A stretch of DNA of 64,000 nt, taken from NCBI GenBank assembly GCA_029762535.1, contig JARVGK010000008.1, forward strand, positions 1-64,000. Direction: 5' to 3'. A program made the position numbers and the translations under genes. This stretch comes from Thermoplasmatota archaeon (GTDB lineage Archaea; Thermoplasmatota; Penumbrarchaeia; Penumbrarchaeales; Penumbrarchaeaceae). Of the stretch, positions 30,152 through 40,070 are shown in pieces. Within the stretch, counting starts at the first letter, position 1. Every line of letters starts with the position of its first letter. The notes under the pieces were generated by a model. It saw only the letters and a list, made by a program, of their open reading frames with translations, was not told the DNA's origin and searched no databases.

Positions 30152-31501
30152 TTGCATTACCTGCCTAATCACAACAACGAGAAAGAGATGCTTGAAAGGA
30201 TAGGGATCAAGGCCATTGGAGACCTGTTCTCGGACGTCCCCGAACACCTGAGGTCCAAGGAACTGGGACTCCCTCCGGCAGTGTCGGAGGTCGAACTCCT
30301 GAGAGAGACCGATGAACTGATGGGAAGGTCAAGGAGCGGGAACGACATGCTGATGTTCCTGGGAGGCGGCTTCTATGATCATTTCATACCAACGGTCGTG
30401 GACAACGTCACGTCCAGATCCGAGCTGTACACATCATACACCCCCTACCAGCCCGAGATGTCCCAGGGCATACTGCAGGCGCTCTTCGAATACCAATCCC
30501 TCATGTCCGACCTCCTGGGCATTGACGTCGTCAACACATCGATGTACGACCAGCAGACCGCGATAGGCGAGGCCATACTGATGGCGAACCGAATAAACCA
30601 TAGGAACACCTTCCTCATCCCCGAACACATATCCCGGGACAAGGAATGCGTCATCGCCAACTATATCCTTGGGTCCGGGATAGAGCTCGTGAAGGTTCCC
30701 TTTCAAAACGGGGTCATGGACCTGGGGGCGCTCGAAGGCCTGCTCGGCCCGGAGGTGTCCGGCCTCTACGTCGAGAACCCCAACATCCTCGGCATGTTCG
30801 ATCCAGGGGCACTGAAGGTCCGATCGATCCTGGACCCGAAAATGGTCCTCGTCGTCGGGATCAACCCGATGACGCTCGGCATAGCCGCACCTCCCGGCTC
30901 CTACGGTGCCGACATAGTCGTAGGGGACGTTCAGCCCTTGGGGGTCCCTATGAGCTACGGAGGACCATCGGCCGGAATATTCGGAACAACGATGCAGCAT
31001 GTCAGAAAGATGCCCGGAAGGCTCATAGGAGCCACCAAGGACGATATGGGCAGGCGCGCCTTCTGCATGACCCTCTCCACAAGAGAGCAGCACATAAGGA
31101 GGGATAGGGCGACTTCGAACATATGCACCAACGAGGCCCTAACTTCGATCCGCGCCGCCGCTTATCTCGCATCCCTGGGCAAGGAGGGATTCAGGTCGCT
31201 CGGGATCCAGCTCGCCTCCAGGGGAAAACACCTCTCCGAGAGGATCGACTCCCTCGAGGGTTTCACTGCCCCGGCCTTCCCGGGTCATTTCTTCAACGAG
31301 TTCCCGGTAAGATCCGACGTTGACGCTTGCGCCCTACTCGATGAGTGTGAGAGCCGTGGGGTCCTGGCAGGAATCAACATCAACAACGACATCCCGTCGC
31401 TTGAGAACATCTTCACGGTGGCCACCACGGAGATGCACACCTCGAAGGATTACGACAAACTGCTAAGAGTCCTCAAAGCCTCCAGGGAGGCGATCCTATG
31501 A
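30152..31501 (+). CDS. gcvPA: Glycine dehydrogenase subunit 1
   Basis: YTSYTPYQPEMSQG, REQHIRRDRATSNICTN; TTG start likely. Confidence 0.95.
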   Translation: MHYLPNHNNEKEMLERIGIKAIGDLFSDVPEHLRSKELGLPPAVSEVELLRETDELMGRSRSGNDMLMFLGGGFYDHFIPTVVDNVTSRSELYTSYTPYQPEMSQGILQALFEYQSLMSDLLGIDVVNTSMYDQQTAIGEAILMANRINHRNTFLIPEHISRDKECVIANYILGSGIELVKVPFQNGVMDLGALEGLLGPEVSGLYVENPNILGMFDPGALKVRSILDPKMVLVVGINPMTLGIAAPPGSYGADIVVGDVQPLGVPMSYGGPSAGIFGTTMQHVRKMPGRLIGATKDDMGRRAFCMTLSTREQHIRRDRATSNICTNEALTSIRAAAYLASLGKEGFRSLGIQLASRGKHLSERIDSLEGFTAPAFPGHFFNEFPVRSDVDACALLDECESRGVLAGININNDIPSLENIFTVATTEMHTSKDYDKLLRVLKASREAIL

Positions 31502-32967
31502 GGTTCGAATTCCAGCAGGCCAGATGGGATGAGCCTCTTCTGAACGAAAAGAGCAGAAAGGGGCGTGTGGGCGCATCGATCCCGCCTTGGGACGACGTGA
31601 GGGAGGTCTCAACACTGCTCCCCGAGGGAATGCTGCGCGAGGAACTCAATCTGCCCGAGCTATCGGAGCCAGAGGTGGTAAGGCACTATGTCAGGCTCTC
31701 GCAGATGAACTTCGGAACCGATTCGGGCATATACCCCTTGGGGTCCTGCACCATGAAGTACAATCCAAAGATCAACGATCGGATCGCTTCACACTCCACC
31801 CTGACCAGAATGCACCCACTTCAGCCAGAGGACACCATACAGGGTGTCCTCGCCATGATGTACGAGCTTCAAGAGGCACTCTGCGAGATAGGCGGCATGT
31901 GCGCTTGCACGCTTCAGCCTGCCGCCGGTGCCGCCGGAGAGTTCACCGGACTCCTTATTGCCAGAAAATACCACGGATCCAGAGGTGATCATCGAGATGA
32001 GATCATCATCCCCGACTCGGCCCACGGAACCAACCCGGCTTCGGCAGTGATGGCCGGGTTCAAGGTCATCGAGATCAAGTCCGCCCCCGACGGTTCGGTG
32101 GACCTGGACGCATTGAAAGGCGCCCTCTCCGAGAGGACTGCTGCGTTCATGATAACCAACCCCTCTACCCTGGGCATATTCGAGAAGAACATATGTGAGA
32201 TACAGCAGGCATGCCACGATGCGGGAGCGCTTCTGTATTACGACGGGGCGAACTTAAACGCGTTGATGGGGATCTCAAGGCCGGGGGACATGGGCTTTGA
32301 CATCATGCACTACAACCTGCACAAGACCTTCTCAACCCCACACGGCGGCGGTGGGCCAGGGGCCGGACCCGTCGCGGTAACGGCCGAACTGGCAAAATTC
32401 CTACCCGTCCCGGTGGTGGTGAAGGAGGGCAACACCTACAAGCTAGATCACGACAGGCCTGATTCGATCGGCAAGGTCAAGGGCTTCTACGGGAACGTGG
32501 GGGTCCTTATCAGGGCATGGGCCTACATCAAGACCCTTGGGGCGGAGGGGTTGAAAAGGACCTCGGAACTGGCGGTCCTCAATGCATCCTACATAAGATC
32601 GAGAATAGAGTCCGTATATCCCGTGCCGTTCAACGCACCGTCGAAGCACGAGTTCGTTGCCTCCGCGGATTTCCTCAAGGAGAATGGGGGTTCCGCCAAG
32701 GATGTCGCAAAGATGCTGGCAGAGAGAGGCCTGCATCCGCCTACGAACTACTTCCCCCTTATCGTAAGCGAGGCGCTGATGATCGAACCGACCGAGAGCG
32801 AGACGATGGAGGAACTGGACAGGTTCTGCGATGCTCTTCTCGATATAGCCAAGTCGGATCCGGAAGAGTGGAAGAAGGCCCCGCGAACCACGACCGTCTC
32901 AAGGGTCGATGACATAACCGCCGCCAAGAACCTGATCCTCAACTGGAACCAGTTACCCAGGGAATGA
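31498..32967 (+). CDS. gcvPB: Glycine dehydrogenase subunit 2
   Basis: PLGSCTMKYNP, NLHKTFSTPHGGGGPG, MIEPTESE. Confidence 0.95.
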   Translation: MRFEFQQARWDEPLLNEKSRKGRVGASIPPWDDVREVSTLLPEGMLREELNLPELSEPEVVRHYVRLSQMNFGTDSGIYPLGSCTMKYNPKINDRIASHSTLTRMHPLQPEDTIQGVLAMMYELQEALCEIGGMCACTLQPAAGAAGEFTGLLIARKYHGSRGDHRDEIIIPDSAHGTNPASAVMAGFKVIEIKSAPDGSVDLDALKGALSERTAAFMITNPSTLGIFEKNICEIQQACHDAGALLYYDGANLNALMGISRPGDMGFDIMHYNLHKTFSTPHGGGGPGAGPVAVTAELAKFLPVPVVVKEGNTYKLDHDRPDSIGKVKGFYGNVGVLIRAWAYIKTLGAEGLKRTSELAVLNASYIRSRIESVYPVPFNAPSKHEFVASADFLKENGGSAKDVAKMLAERGLHPPTNYFPLIVSEALMIEPTESETMEELDRFCDALLDIAKSDPEEWKKAPRTTTVSRVDDITAAKNLILNWNQLPRE

Positions 32968-32979
32968 AAATTGAATAGC

Positions 32980-34212
32980 TCAAAAATCACCCATCATGAA
33001 CAGGGTCGCTATGACCTTGCAGTCGCTTATCATATTATCCACGAGGATGTGCTCGTTCGGCGCATGGGCCTGGTTCAAAACCGTCTCCCAGACAGCCACC
33101 TCGAACCCGGCGTTCCGGAGCATTGCAGCGCAGGTGCCACCTCCTATCCCCCCTGTATAGGCCTTCTTCCCGGTCGCCATCTCGATAGCGCGTGAGAGAT
33201 TTCTTACGATCATGGCATCCGGCCCGGTGGGATGGATGGTTCTCTCGTTGAGGACCACCTCGAGATCGATCCTTACTCCAGTCCTTGATTCTATATCATC
33301 CGCGACCCCTCTCATCACCGATAGGACATCCTCAGCATCATACAGAGGTAAAAGCCGGCAGTCCATGTAAAAGACATCCTCACCAGGCAGCACGTTGATC
33401 CCCGACACACCTGGTTCCCTTTTGGTAGGTTCGAAACTGGAAAGAGGGTGATCGAACGAATCGTCCCTCTGGTCAAAGCGCTCATGGAGCGCCCGATCCG
33501 CTTCGGATCCGAACATCATGGACGCCCTGAAGGCGTTGTTGCCCAGGTGGGGCATGCTTGCGTGACATTGCTTTCCCTTGACCTTTACCCTGACCCAGAG
33601 AAGGGATTTCTCACCGATCTCGATCATTCTCCCTTCAGGCTCTCCGTGATCGGGGACGAGGATGAGGTCGCTATCTCGAAAAACGCCCTCTTTGAGAAGA
33701 TGGCCGATACCTTTCTCGTTCGTCTCCTCCTCGTCGGAGACGAAGAACAGGGCAATATCAAAGGCTGGTTCCGCTCCGGTATCGAGAAGCGCCCTGGCCG
33801 CGAATATGGAGGCGGTAAGGGCCTGTCCGTTGTCCTCGGCGCCCCTGCCCGTGACCTGGCCATCCCGGACCTGAGCGTCGAAGGGATCGGACTCCCATGC
33901 GCCCGGATCGCCGGGCGGGACGACGTCCATGTGGGTGATCACGACGATCCTCCTATCGGAACTCCGACCCTTTATATCGACCATGATATTGGGCCTGAAA
34001 CCGGAACTCATATCACTGTCGGGAGCATCGAACCGCAGTATTTTCCCGAATCCGCGGTCCCGAAGGTATTTCTGGATGAACGCGGCCTTGTGCTCCTCTC
34101 CGCTGCCTCCCGATCCAGGACCTACGGCGGGTATCGAGATGATGTCGGTAAGGAAGCGAACCATCTCATCCTTATGTCCATCTATATGTTCAAACCACTC
34201 TTTATCGGCCAT
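32980..34212 (-). CDS. M20 family metallo-hydrolase (ArgE/DapE-like)
   Basis: HMDVVPPG, GRGAEDNG, DEEE, GKQCHAS, AHAPNE; starts 1 bp after the cphA stop. Confidence 0.88.
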   Translation of the reverse strand: MADKEWFEHIDGHKDEMVRFLTDIISIPAVGPGSGGSGEEHKAAFIQKYLRDRGFGKILRFDAPDSDMSSGFRPNIMVDIKGRSSDRRIVVITHMDVVPPGDPGAWESDPFDAQVRDGQVTGRGAEDNGQALTASIFAARALLDTGAEPAFDIALFFVSDEEETNEKGIGHLLKEGVFRDSDLILVPDHGEPEGRMIEIGEKSLLWVRVKVKGKQCHASMPHLGNNAFRASMMFGSEADRALHERFDQRDDSFDHPLSSFEPTKREPGVSGINVLPGEDVFYMDCRLLPLYDAEDVLSVMRGVADDIESRTGVRIDLEVVLNERTIHPTGPDAMIVRNLSRAIEMATGKKAYTGGIGGGTCAAMLRNAGFEVAVWETVLNQAHAPNEHILVDNMISDCKVIATLFMMGDF

Positions 34213-34213
34213 A

Positions 34214-36880
34214 TCAGTCCTCATTCGATGGGTCAATTGACTGCATTTCGCGTTTGCGGGACGTGTATTCCCTGAGAGAGTCCTCCTTGTAATCCAATAC
34301 GTCCTGTATGACCTGCTGGACATTATCCGCCTGAAGGACCACCACATCGCCCTTACGTGCCATGTCAAGGGCATACCTTGTCGCTTCCCTGCCGTCGAAC
34401 ACCATCGATATGTCCTCTTCTTTCAAACCGCCTTCGACAAGGCCTTGCTTGACGAGGCCCGCCACCTCCCCCAGGGGGCGGCCCCGCGGGTCCGTATCGG
34501 CGATGACAACATGGTCGTAGTATCTGGAGAGGGTGAGGCCGTACTCCTTGATGTCCTCATCCCTGCGGTTTCCAGTTCCTGCCGCCATGCGGATCCTCCT
34601 GCCCGGTGCCAGATGGGGTAGCAGCTCTCCAGTTGCCTTGATCGCGCCCATGTTATGTCCGAAATCTATTATCGCCTTGAAATCCCGGACCTCGATTATG
34701 TTCATCCTGCCGGGAGATAGGCCCAATGACGGGCTGAAGCTGACCAGCCCCGCCCTTATCTGCTTCTCGTTCAGGCCCAGGGCGGATGCGGCTGCCGCCG
34801 CGGCCATTGCGTTAAGGATGTTGAAGGTCGCTTTGCCCCCAAGGGTTATCGGCACCTCGACCACCTTGGCGACATTGGATGTCCACCCACCTTTCTGAAT
34901 GATGATGGTCTCGTCTTTGACGGTAACGTTCATGCTGCCTTTGTTCAGATTCTCTTTAAGGGCAGGGTTCTCGGGGTCCAATGAGAATAATATCGGCATA
35001 CCGCCTGCCTTGTCCCTGAGTTTGAGAACGATCGGATCGTCCGCGTTCAGGACGGAGTATCCTGTCTCCTTAACGGTCTCCACCACGATACCCTTCAGGT
35101 TCGCCAGGTCCTCCAAGGTATCGATGCCCCCTTCCCCGAGGTGATCGGAGGTCACGTTCAAGAGGACACCAACATCGCTCTCGTAAAAACCAAGCCCCCT
35201 TCTGAGGATCCCGCCCCTGGCCACCTCAAGGACCGCATGGTCTATGGTGGAATCCATAAGTACTACCTTTGCCCCGCCCGGGCCGCTGTAATCACCGACC
35301 AGTATGGGATCGTTGTTAACGACCACCGCATCCGTGGAGGTCATACCCACCCTGGCGCCGTTAAGTTCCAGAATGTGGGAGATCAGGCGGACGGTGGTCG
35401 TCTTGCCGTTGGTCCCGGTAACGGCAATTATCGGCACCTTGAACTCCTTTCCCGGAGGGAAGAGCATGTCAAGCACTTTTGCCGAGACGTTCCTGGGCTT
35501 TCCCTCCGAAGGGCTCAGGTGCATCCTGAACCCCGGGGCTGCATTGACCTCGATAACGGCCCCGCAGCCTTCGCATATCGGTTGGCTGAGATCGTTGGCG
35601 ATCATATCGATCCCCATCACGTTGAGGCCCACGATCTTGGATATCCTCTCGGCCATGGCCCTGTTGACCGGGTGCACATCATCCGTGACGTCGATCGCCT
35701 TCCCTCCTGCGCTCAGATTGGCCGTCGATTTGATGTAGACCTTCTCGCCCTCCCTCAACACCGTTTCGAGCGTCATCTGTTTGAACTTGAGCAGCCTCTC
35801 CGTCATGTAGTCTATCTTGATCCTTGTCAGGTTCTTTTCGTGTCCGAAACCCCTCGCTGGGTCGCTGTTGATCGCTTCGATGAGCTCCCTGATCGTTGAG
35901 GTGCCATCTCCAACAACGTAGGCTGGCTCTCTTAATGCAGCCGCGGTGAACTTCCCGTCTATGACGAGTATCCTGAAATCGAAACCCGCGATGAATCTCT
36001 CGATGAGCACCGTTCGGTTGTACTTCCTGGCCACCTCGTAGGCGATCTCGAGTTCCTCTCGTGTCCTGATATCGGTGGTTATCCCCTTTCCATGGTTGCC
36101 GGAGAGAGGTTTCACCACAACGGGATAACCGATCCTGTCCGCAATTCGGCATGCCTCATCGAGCTCCCAGGCCGAATAACCCTTTGGTACCGGAATACCC
36201 ATACGATCGAGCATCTCTTTGGCCCTCTCCTTGTCATCGGCGATCTCCACGCCTATGGATGAGGTGTTGTCCATCATCGTCGCCTGTATCCTTCTCTGGT
36301 GGACGCCGTATCCCAGCTGGACATAGCTCTCGTCGTTGAGCCTTATGACCGGTATATCCCTCTTCTTGGCCTCATCGACGATGGACTGCGTCGAGGGGCC
36401 GTAGAGGTTCTTTTCCCTTATCTCCTTGAGTTCGTAGACGACCTTCCTGATGTCCACATCCTCTCCCTTGAAAAGGCTCTCAACGATACGTACGGCGGCC
36501 CTGCCCGCCTCGATCCCGACCTGCTCATCACGGTAGCGGAAGACCACATGATAGATGCCCTTCCTTTTTGTGTCGAAGGTCTTGCCGAAACCCACCTCGG
36601 TCCTCGCCAGACACTGCAGTTCTATTGAGACATGTTCGACCACGTGCCCGGCCCAGGTCCCGTCTTCGATCCTCTTGAAGAAACCTCCCTCCGTACCAAC
36701 TGAACAACGATGTTCTCTAAGCGAAGGGATCGCCTCTTCGATCCTCTTCCTGAACCCCGGGACCTTGTCCGTGGGCGTTTCCTCCAGATCGCCGATGTCC
36801 AGTTCCATGAACACTGTCGGATATCGGCTGTAGTAATTCGGACCTCTGAGAGCGCGTATCTCCAATATTTCCATATTCAT
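34214..36880 (-). CDS. cphA: Cyanophycin synthetase CphA1
   Basis: ALRGPNY, Cx19HxxEH N domain, QLGYG...Q.RI, ATP-grasp (VVKP..GNHGKG, NLSAGG, EVNAAPGFRMH), Mur-ligase domain (VTGTNGKTTT, E.ARGG, DHLG, D.GHN). Confidence 0.95.
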   Translation of the reverse strand: MNMEILEIRALRGPNYYSRYPTVFMELDIGDLEETPTDKVPGFRKRIEEAIPSLREHRCSVGTEGGFFKRIEDGTWAGHVVEHVSIELQCLARTEVGFGKTFDTKRKGIYHVVFRYRDEQVGIEAGRAAVRIVESLFKGEDVDIRKVVYELKEIREKNLYGPSTQSIVDEAKKRDIPVIRLNDESYVQLGYGVHQRRIQATMMDNTSSIGVEIADDKERAKEMLDRMGIPVPKGYSAWELDEACRIADRIGYPVVVKPLSGNHGKGITTDIRTREELEIAYEVARKYNRTVLIERFIAGFDFRILVIDGKFTAAALREPAYVVGDGTSTIRELIEAINSDPARGFGHEKNLTRIKIDYMTERLLKFKQMTLETVLREGEKVYIKSTANLSAGGKAIDVTDDVHPVNRAMAERISKIVGLNVMGIDMIANDLSQPICEGCGAVIEVNAAPGFRMHLSPSEGKPRNVSAKVLDMLFPPGKEFKVPIIAVTGTNGKTTTVRLISHILELNGARVGMTSTDAVVVNNDPILVGDYSGPGGAKVVLMDSTIDHAVLEVARGGILRRGLGFYESDVGVLLNVTSDHLGEGGIDTLEDLANLKGIVVETVKETGYSVLNADDPIVLKLRDKAGGMPILFSLDPENPALKENLNKGSMNVTVKDETIIIQKGGWTSNVAKVVEVPITLGGKATFNILNAMAAAAAASALGLNEKQIRAGLVSFSPSLGLSPGRMNIIEVRDFKAIIDFGHNMGAIKATGELLPHLAPGRRIRMAAGTGNRRDEDIKEYGLTLSRYYDHVVIADTDPRGRPLGEVAGLVKQGLVEGGLKEEDISMVFDGREATRYALDMARKGDVVVLQADNVQQVIQDVLDYKEDSLREYTSRKREMQSIDPSNED

Positions 36881-36888
36881 ACCCCCCG

Positions 36889-37761
36889 TCATCTGCAAAC
36901 CAGTTCCAAGCATTCCATGTCCTCTGGCTTGAGGTACTTCATTTCCTTTAAATTATAACCATAACCCCGGACCAGAGTATGAAGATGTACGTTCTCCACA
37001 GCGATCGCATCACCTTGTTTGATAGTTGTGATGTTCGAATACCTGATGTGGCGCCCGTCGAATATCACAACAAGACCCGATCCTATGGCCTTTATTATAT
37101 GCCCCCTCTCTATGACGACACCGGTGTTCTCCCCGAGGCCCAAGCCTATATGTCCTGGGTTGGTGCTCGCTATCTGCATCAAGCGGCTGAACCTTCCCCT
37201 TTTTATGAAATGACTGTCGATAATCACGTTGTTTATGAGTCCGATCCCGGCGGTCACATTGACGGTTCCTTTAAGGATCGCTTCCGAGGCCTCCCCGCCG
37301 TAGATCATGGTCTCCGACATCGCGCTCGCTCCCGCGCTAGTTCCGGCGATGATCGCTCCGTCGTTGAAATACCTGGACCTGACCTCTTTGAGGATCCCGG
37401 TCCCTCCGAGAATGCTTGTTATGCGGAGTTGGTCTCCGCCTGTGAAGAATATGATGTCCGCCTCATGGACCCTGGCTATTAACGACCCATCATTCCCCTT
37501 ATCACGACTATCAACATGCATCAGATCTATATCGTTCCCGCCTATCTTCCCGAAGGCTTTGAGATACTGTTTCCCAACCTCGTTTGGGATCTCGCTCGCG
37601 GTCGTGATGACCTCGATCCTGACGACATCCTTCCTCGCCAGGGATATGATCGTCCTCAGGATCGAAAGATCGTGCTTCTTGTCCTCGTTGCCTCCGACGG
37701 CGACCAGGATCCCTTTCGGTTCCTGAAAGGACGACGGCCCTCTTTCCGAGAAATGGGTCAT
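36889..37761 (-). CDS. cphB: Cyanophycinase
   Basis: GGNEDK, FFTGGDQLR, GTSAGA (Ser), DSHF..RGR..RL (His), GLGENT (Glu). Confidence 0.92.
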   Translation of the reverse strand: MTHFSERGPSSFQEPKGILVAVGGNEDKKHDLSILRTIISLARKDVVRIEVITTASEIPNEVGKQYLKAFGKIGGNDIDLMHVDSRDKGNDGSLIARVHEADIIFFTGGDQLRITSILGGTGILKEVRSRYFNDGAIIAGTSAGASAMSETMIYGGEASEAILKGTVNVTAGIGLINNVIIDSHFIKRGRFSRLMQIASTNPGHIGLGLGENTGVVIERGHIIKAIGSGLVVIFDGRHIRYSNITTIKQGDAIAVENVHLHTLVRGYGYNLKEMKYLKPEDMECLELVCR

Positions 37762-37923
37762 GGAAGCATGACTTGAGTTTCAGAAGATATTTAAACCCAC
37801 GCTCCAACCGGCCTATAACCGCTCACGGCGATGTATGTTCCAGAATACCGGGGTATATACATTAATAAAGCAAGAATCGATGCGGTATGGGCCGGATCAC
37901 TTAACGGTAAAGGATGTGCGGAT

Positions 37924-39345
37924 ATGACGGATAGCGACAACACGATGGAGATCATCGTCGTCGGACTGGGTGCGAGCGGCCTCTACGCGGCAAAGAGCGC
38001 ACTCAGCCAGAACAGACAGGGCCATGTGACCATCATCGAGAAAAGGGATTTCGACCAGTTCTCACCCTGTGGCCTACCGTTCGTCATAGAGGGTATCGTT
38101 CCTGACTTCGAACACCTCAAACACGTCGTCCCCGAGGTAAAAGGGAAGCTATCCAAGCTCCTGAGGCACGAGGTCCTCTCGGTGGATCATGATAACAGGA
38201 CCTTGAAGGTAAGGGACCTCTCCACGAATGAAGATAAGGATATCGGGTACGACGCATTGATACTTTCGAACGGGTCGATCCCAGTGAACCTTCCCATCCC
38301 GGGAGCGAAAGAACTGCTGGGAAAAGGGGTATTCTTCTGCTCGAGCATCGACGATTCATCGGACATACTTGAAACCGCACTCAACGCTCCAGGAAAAAGG
38401 GCCGTTGTGGTCGGAGGAGGTGCCATAGGCCTCGAGGTCGCAGTGGCCTTGAAGGAAAGAGGGTTGGACGTATGCGTGACGAAGAGAACCCCTCCCCCGT
38501 TCCCGAGGAACCTCGACCCCGAAATGGGGAAACTGATAACCGACCATCTCATAGAGCTGGGCATCGATGTGAGGTTCGGCAAGGGAATCGACGCCATAAA
38601 CGGGAGCGACATTGTGACCTCCGTCACCATTCAGGGGGAGGAGGTCCCCTGCGACCTCGTCGTGATGGCGGTAGGTACACGACCCAACACCTCACTGGCC
38701 GAAAGCACAGGCTGCTTGACGGTCAGGGACGGTATAGTGGTCGATAACAGGATGGAGACGACCGTCAAAGGGATCTTCGCCACGGGGGACTGCGTCAGGA
38801 CATATTCCCGCATCGACGGCACGTCGGCCACCATGCAGCTTGCCACATCCGCTTTCAGGCAGGGCATGGTAGCCGGGACCAATGCCGCAGGAGGCAATGT
38901 GGGATATGATGGTGTGCTCAACACGTTCCTCACCAAGATAGGGAGGTTGGAGATCGCATCCACCGGATACACGCTCGAGCAGGCGAAGGCCTTGGGATAT
39001 GATGCGATCGGGATATCGACCAGGAAGGAGATCAAGCCCCATTACATGCCCGACTGCCCCGATATCAACCTCAGGGTCGTATGCGAGAAGATTGACGGCA
39101 GGATACTAGGCTTCCAGGCCGTCGGCGAACAGGGCGCCGGGTGGAGGGCAAATATATTCGCCCTTGCGATACAGGCAAGGATGACCTTGCAGGATATCAT
39201 GGATGCTGAGCTGTCCTACAATCCTCCGGTATCCCAGATGTACGATCCGATCTACCAGCTTGTCGAGATAGCCCTCAAGAGGCTGAGGCTGGAATTCCCT
39301 TCCCCGAAGGAGGTCTTCATTCCGGATGAGCAGAAGAGGTGGTAG
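37924..39345 (+). CDS. NADH oxidase / CoA-disulfide reductase family flavoprotein
   Basis: GLGASG, FSPCGLP (single redox Cys), GGGAIGLE, ATGDC, YNPP. Confidence 0.88.
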   Translation: MTDSDNTMEIIVVGLGASGLYAAKSALSQNRQGHVTIIEKRDFDQFSPCGLPFVIEGIVPDFEHLKHVVPEVKGKLSKLLRHEVLSVDHDNRTLKVRDLSTNEDKDIGYDALILSNGSIPVNLPIPGAKELLGKGVFFCSSIDDSSDILETALNAPGKRAVVVGGGAIGLEVAVALKERGLDVCVTKRTPPPFPRNLDPEMGKLITDHLIELGIDVRFGKGIDAINGSDIVTSVTIQGEEVPCDLVVMAVGTRPNTSLAESTGCLTVRDGIVVDNRMETTVKGIFATGDCVRTYSRIDGTSATMQLATSAFRQGMVAGTNAAGGNVGYDGVLNTFLTKIGRLEIASTGYTLEQAKALGYDAIGISTRKEIKPHYMPDCPDINLRVVCEKIDGRILGFQAVGEQGAGWRANIFALAIQARMTLQDIMDAELSYNPPVSQMYDPIYQLVEIALKRLRLEFPSPKEVFIPDEQKRW

Positions 39346-40070
39346 TCACGCCAGAGGAAGTTATCGCATCGAAATGGCATCTGCTCAAGGATGGGACCTT
39401 CGAGATCGATGGCGGATTCCTGGTATACGGCGTCCAGAAATACTACGGGAAGAAATTGACCGCGCATCTCAAACCACTATATGTCGAATCGGGGGATGAA
39501 AGGATACTGATAGACACCGGGATCGGCGATCCCCCGGAGAGGTATTCCTCGACCTACAAGGTGAGGAAGGATGAGGACCTGATGGGATCTCTCAAAGGGA
39601 TCGGCCTCTCTCCCGAGGACATAACGATGGTGATCAACACCCACCTTCACTTCGACCATACGGGCTACAACACGTCTTTCACCAACGCGAGATTCCTCTC
39701 CCAGGTCGATGAGATAAGGTACAGCGCACAGCCAGACAGGTTCCAAAAAGGGGCTTATCTCAAGGACAATATCAAGGACATCGATTTCTTGGCGCTCGAT
39801 GGGGAATGCGAGGTGGCGCCAGGCGTGACCGTTATACCCACACCAGGTCATACGCCCGGACATCAATCGGTCATAGTCGAGCTTGAGCAAGAGGTCCTTA
39901 TCTATACGGGCGATGTCTCTCCCTTGAGGATCAACCTGGAAAAGGACCTGATCGTAGGGGTCCTCCACGACCCTGTGGCGGCGCAGAGGTCCCTATCGAT
40001 TTTATGCGCCCTCTCGGACTGGTTCCCTGAAAAGCTCAAGAGATACATATTCAGCCATGACATGGAGTGA
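39339..40070 (+). CDS. MBL-fold metallo-hydrolase (AHL-lactonase-like)
   Basis: LIDTG, THLHFDHTG, TPGHTPGHQS, GD, HD. Confidence 0.88.
   Translation: MVVTPEEVIASKWHLLKDGTFEIDGGFLVYGVQKYYGKKLTAHLKPLYVESGDERILIDTGIGDPPERYSSTYKVRKDEDLMGSLKGIGLSPEDITMVINTHLHFDHTGYNTSFTNARFLSQVDEIRYSAQPDRFQKGAYLKDNIKDIDFLALDGECEVAPGVTVIPTPGHTPGHQSVIVELEQEVLIYTGDVSPLRINLEKDLIVGVLHDPVAAQRSLSILCALSDWFPEKLKRYIFSHDME

Noticed and set aside
37924-39345. Flavoprotein as the missing glycine cleavage L protein
   Set aside because: It has a single-Cys SPCGLP motif of the Nox/CoADR family, not the CxxxGCxP disulfide of dihydrolipoamide dehydrogenase
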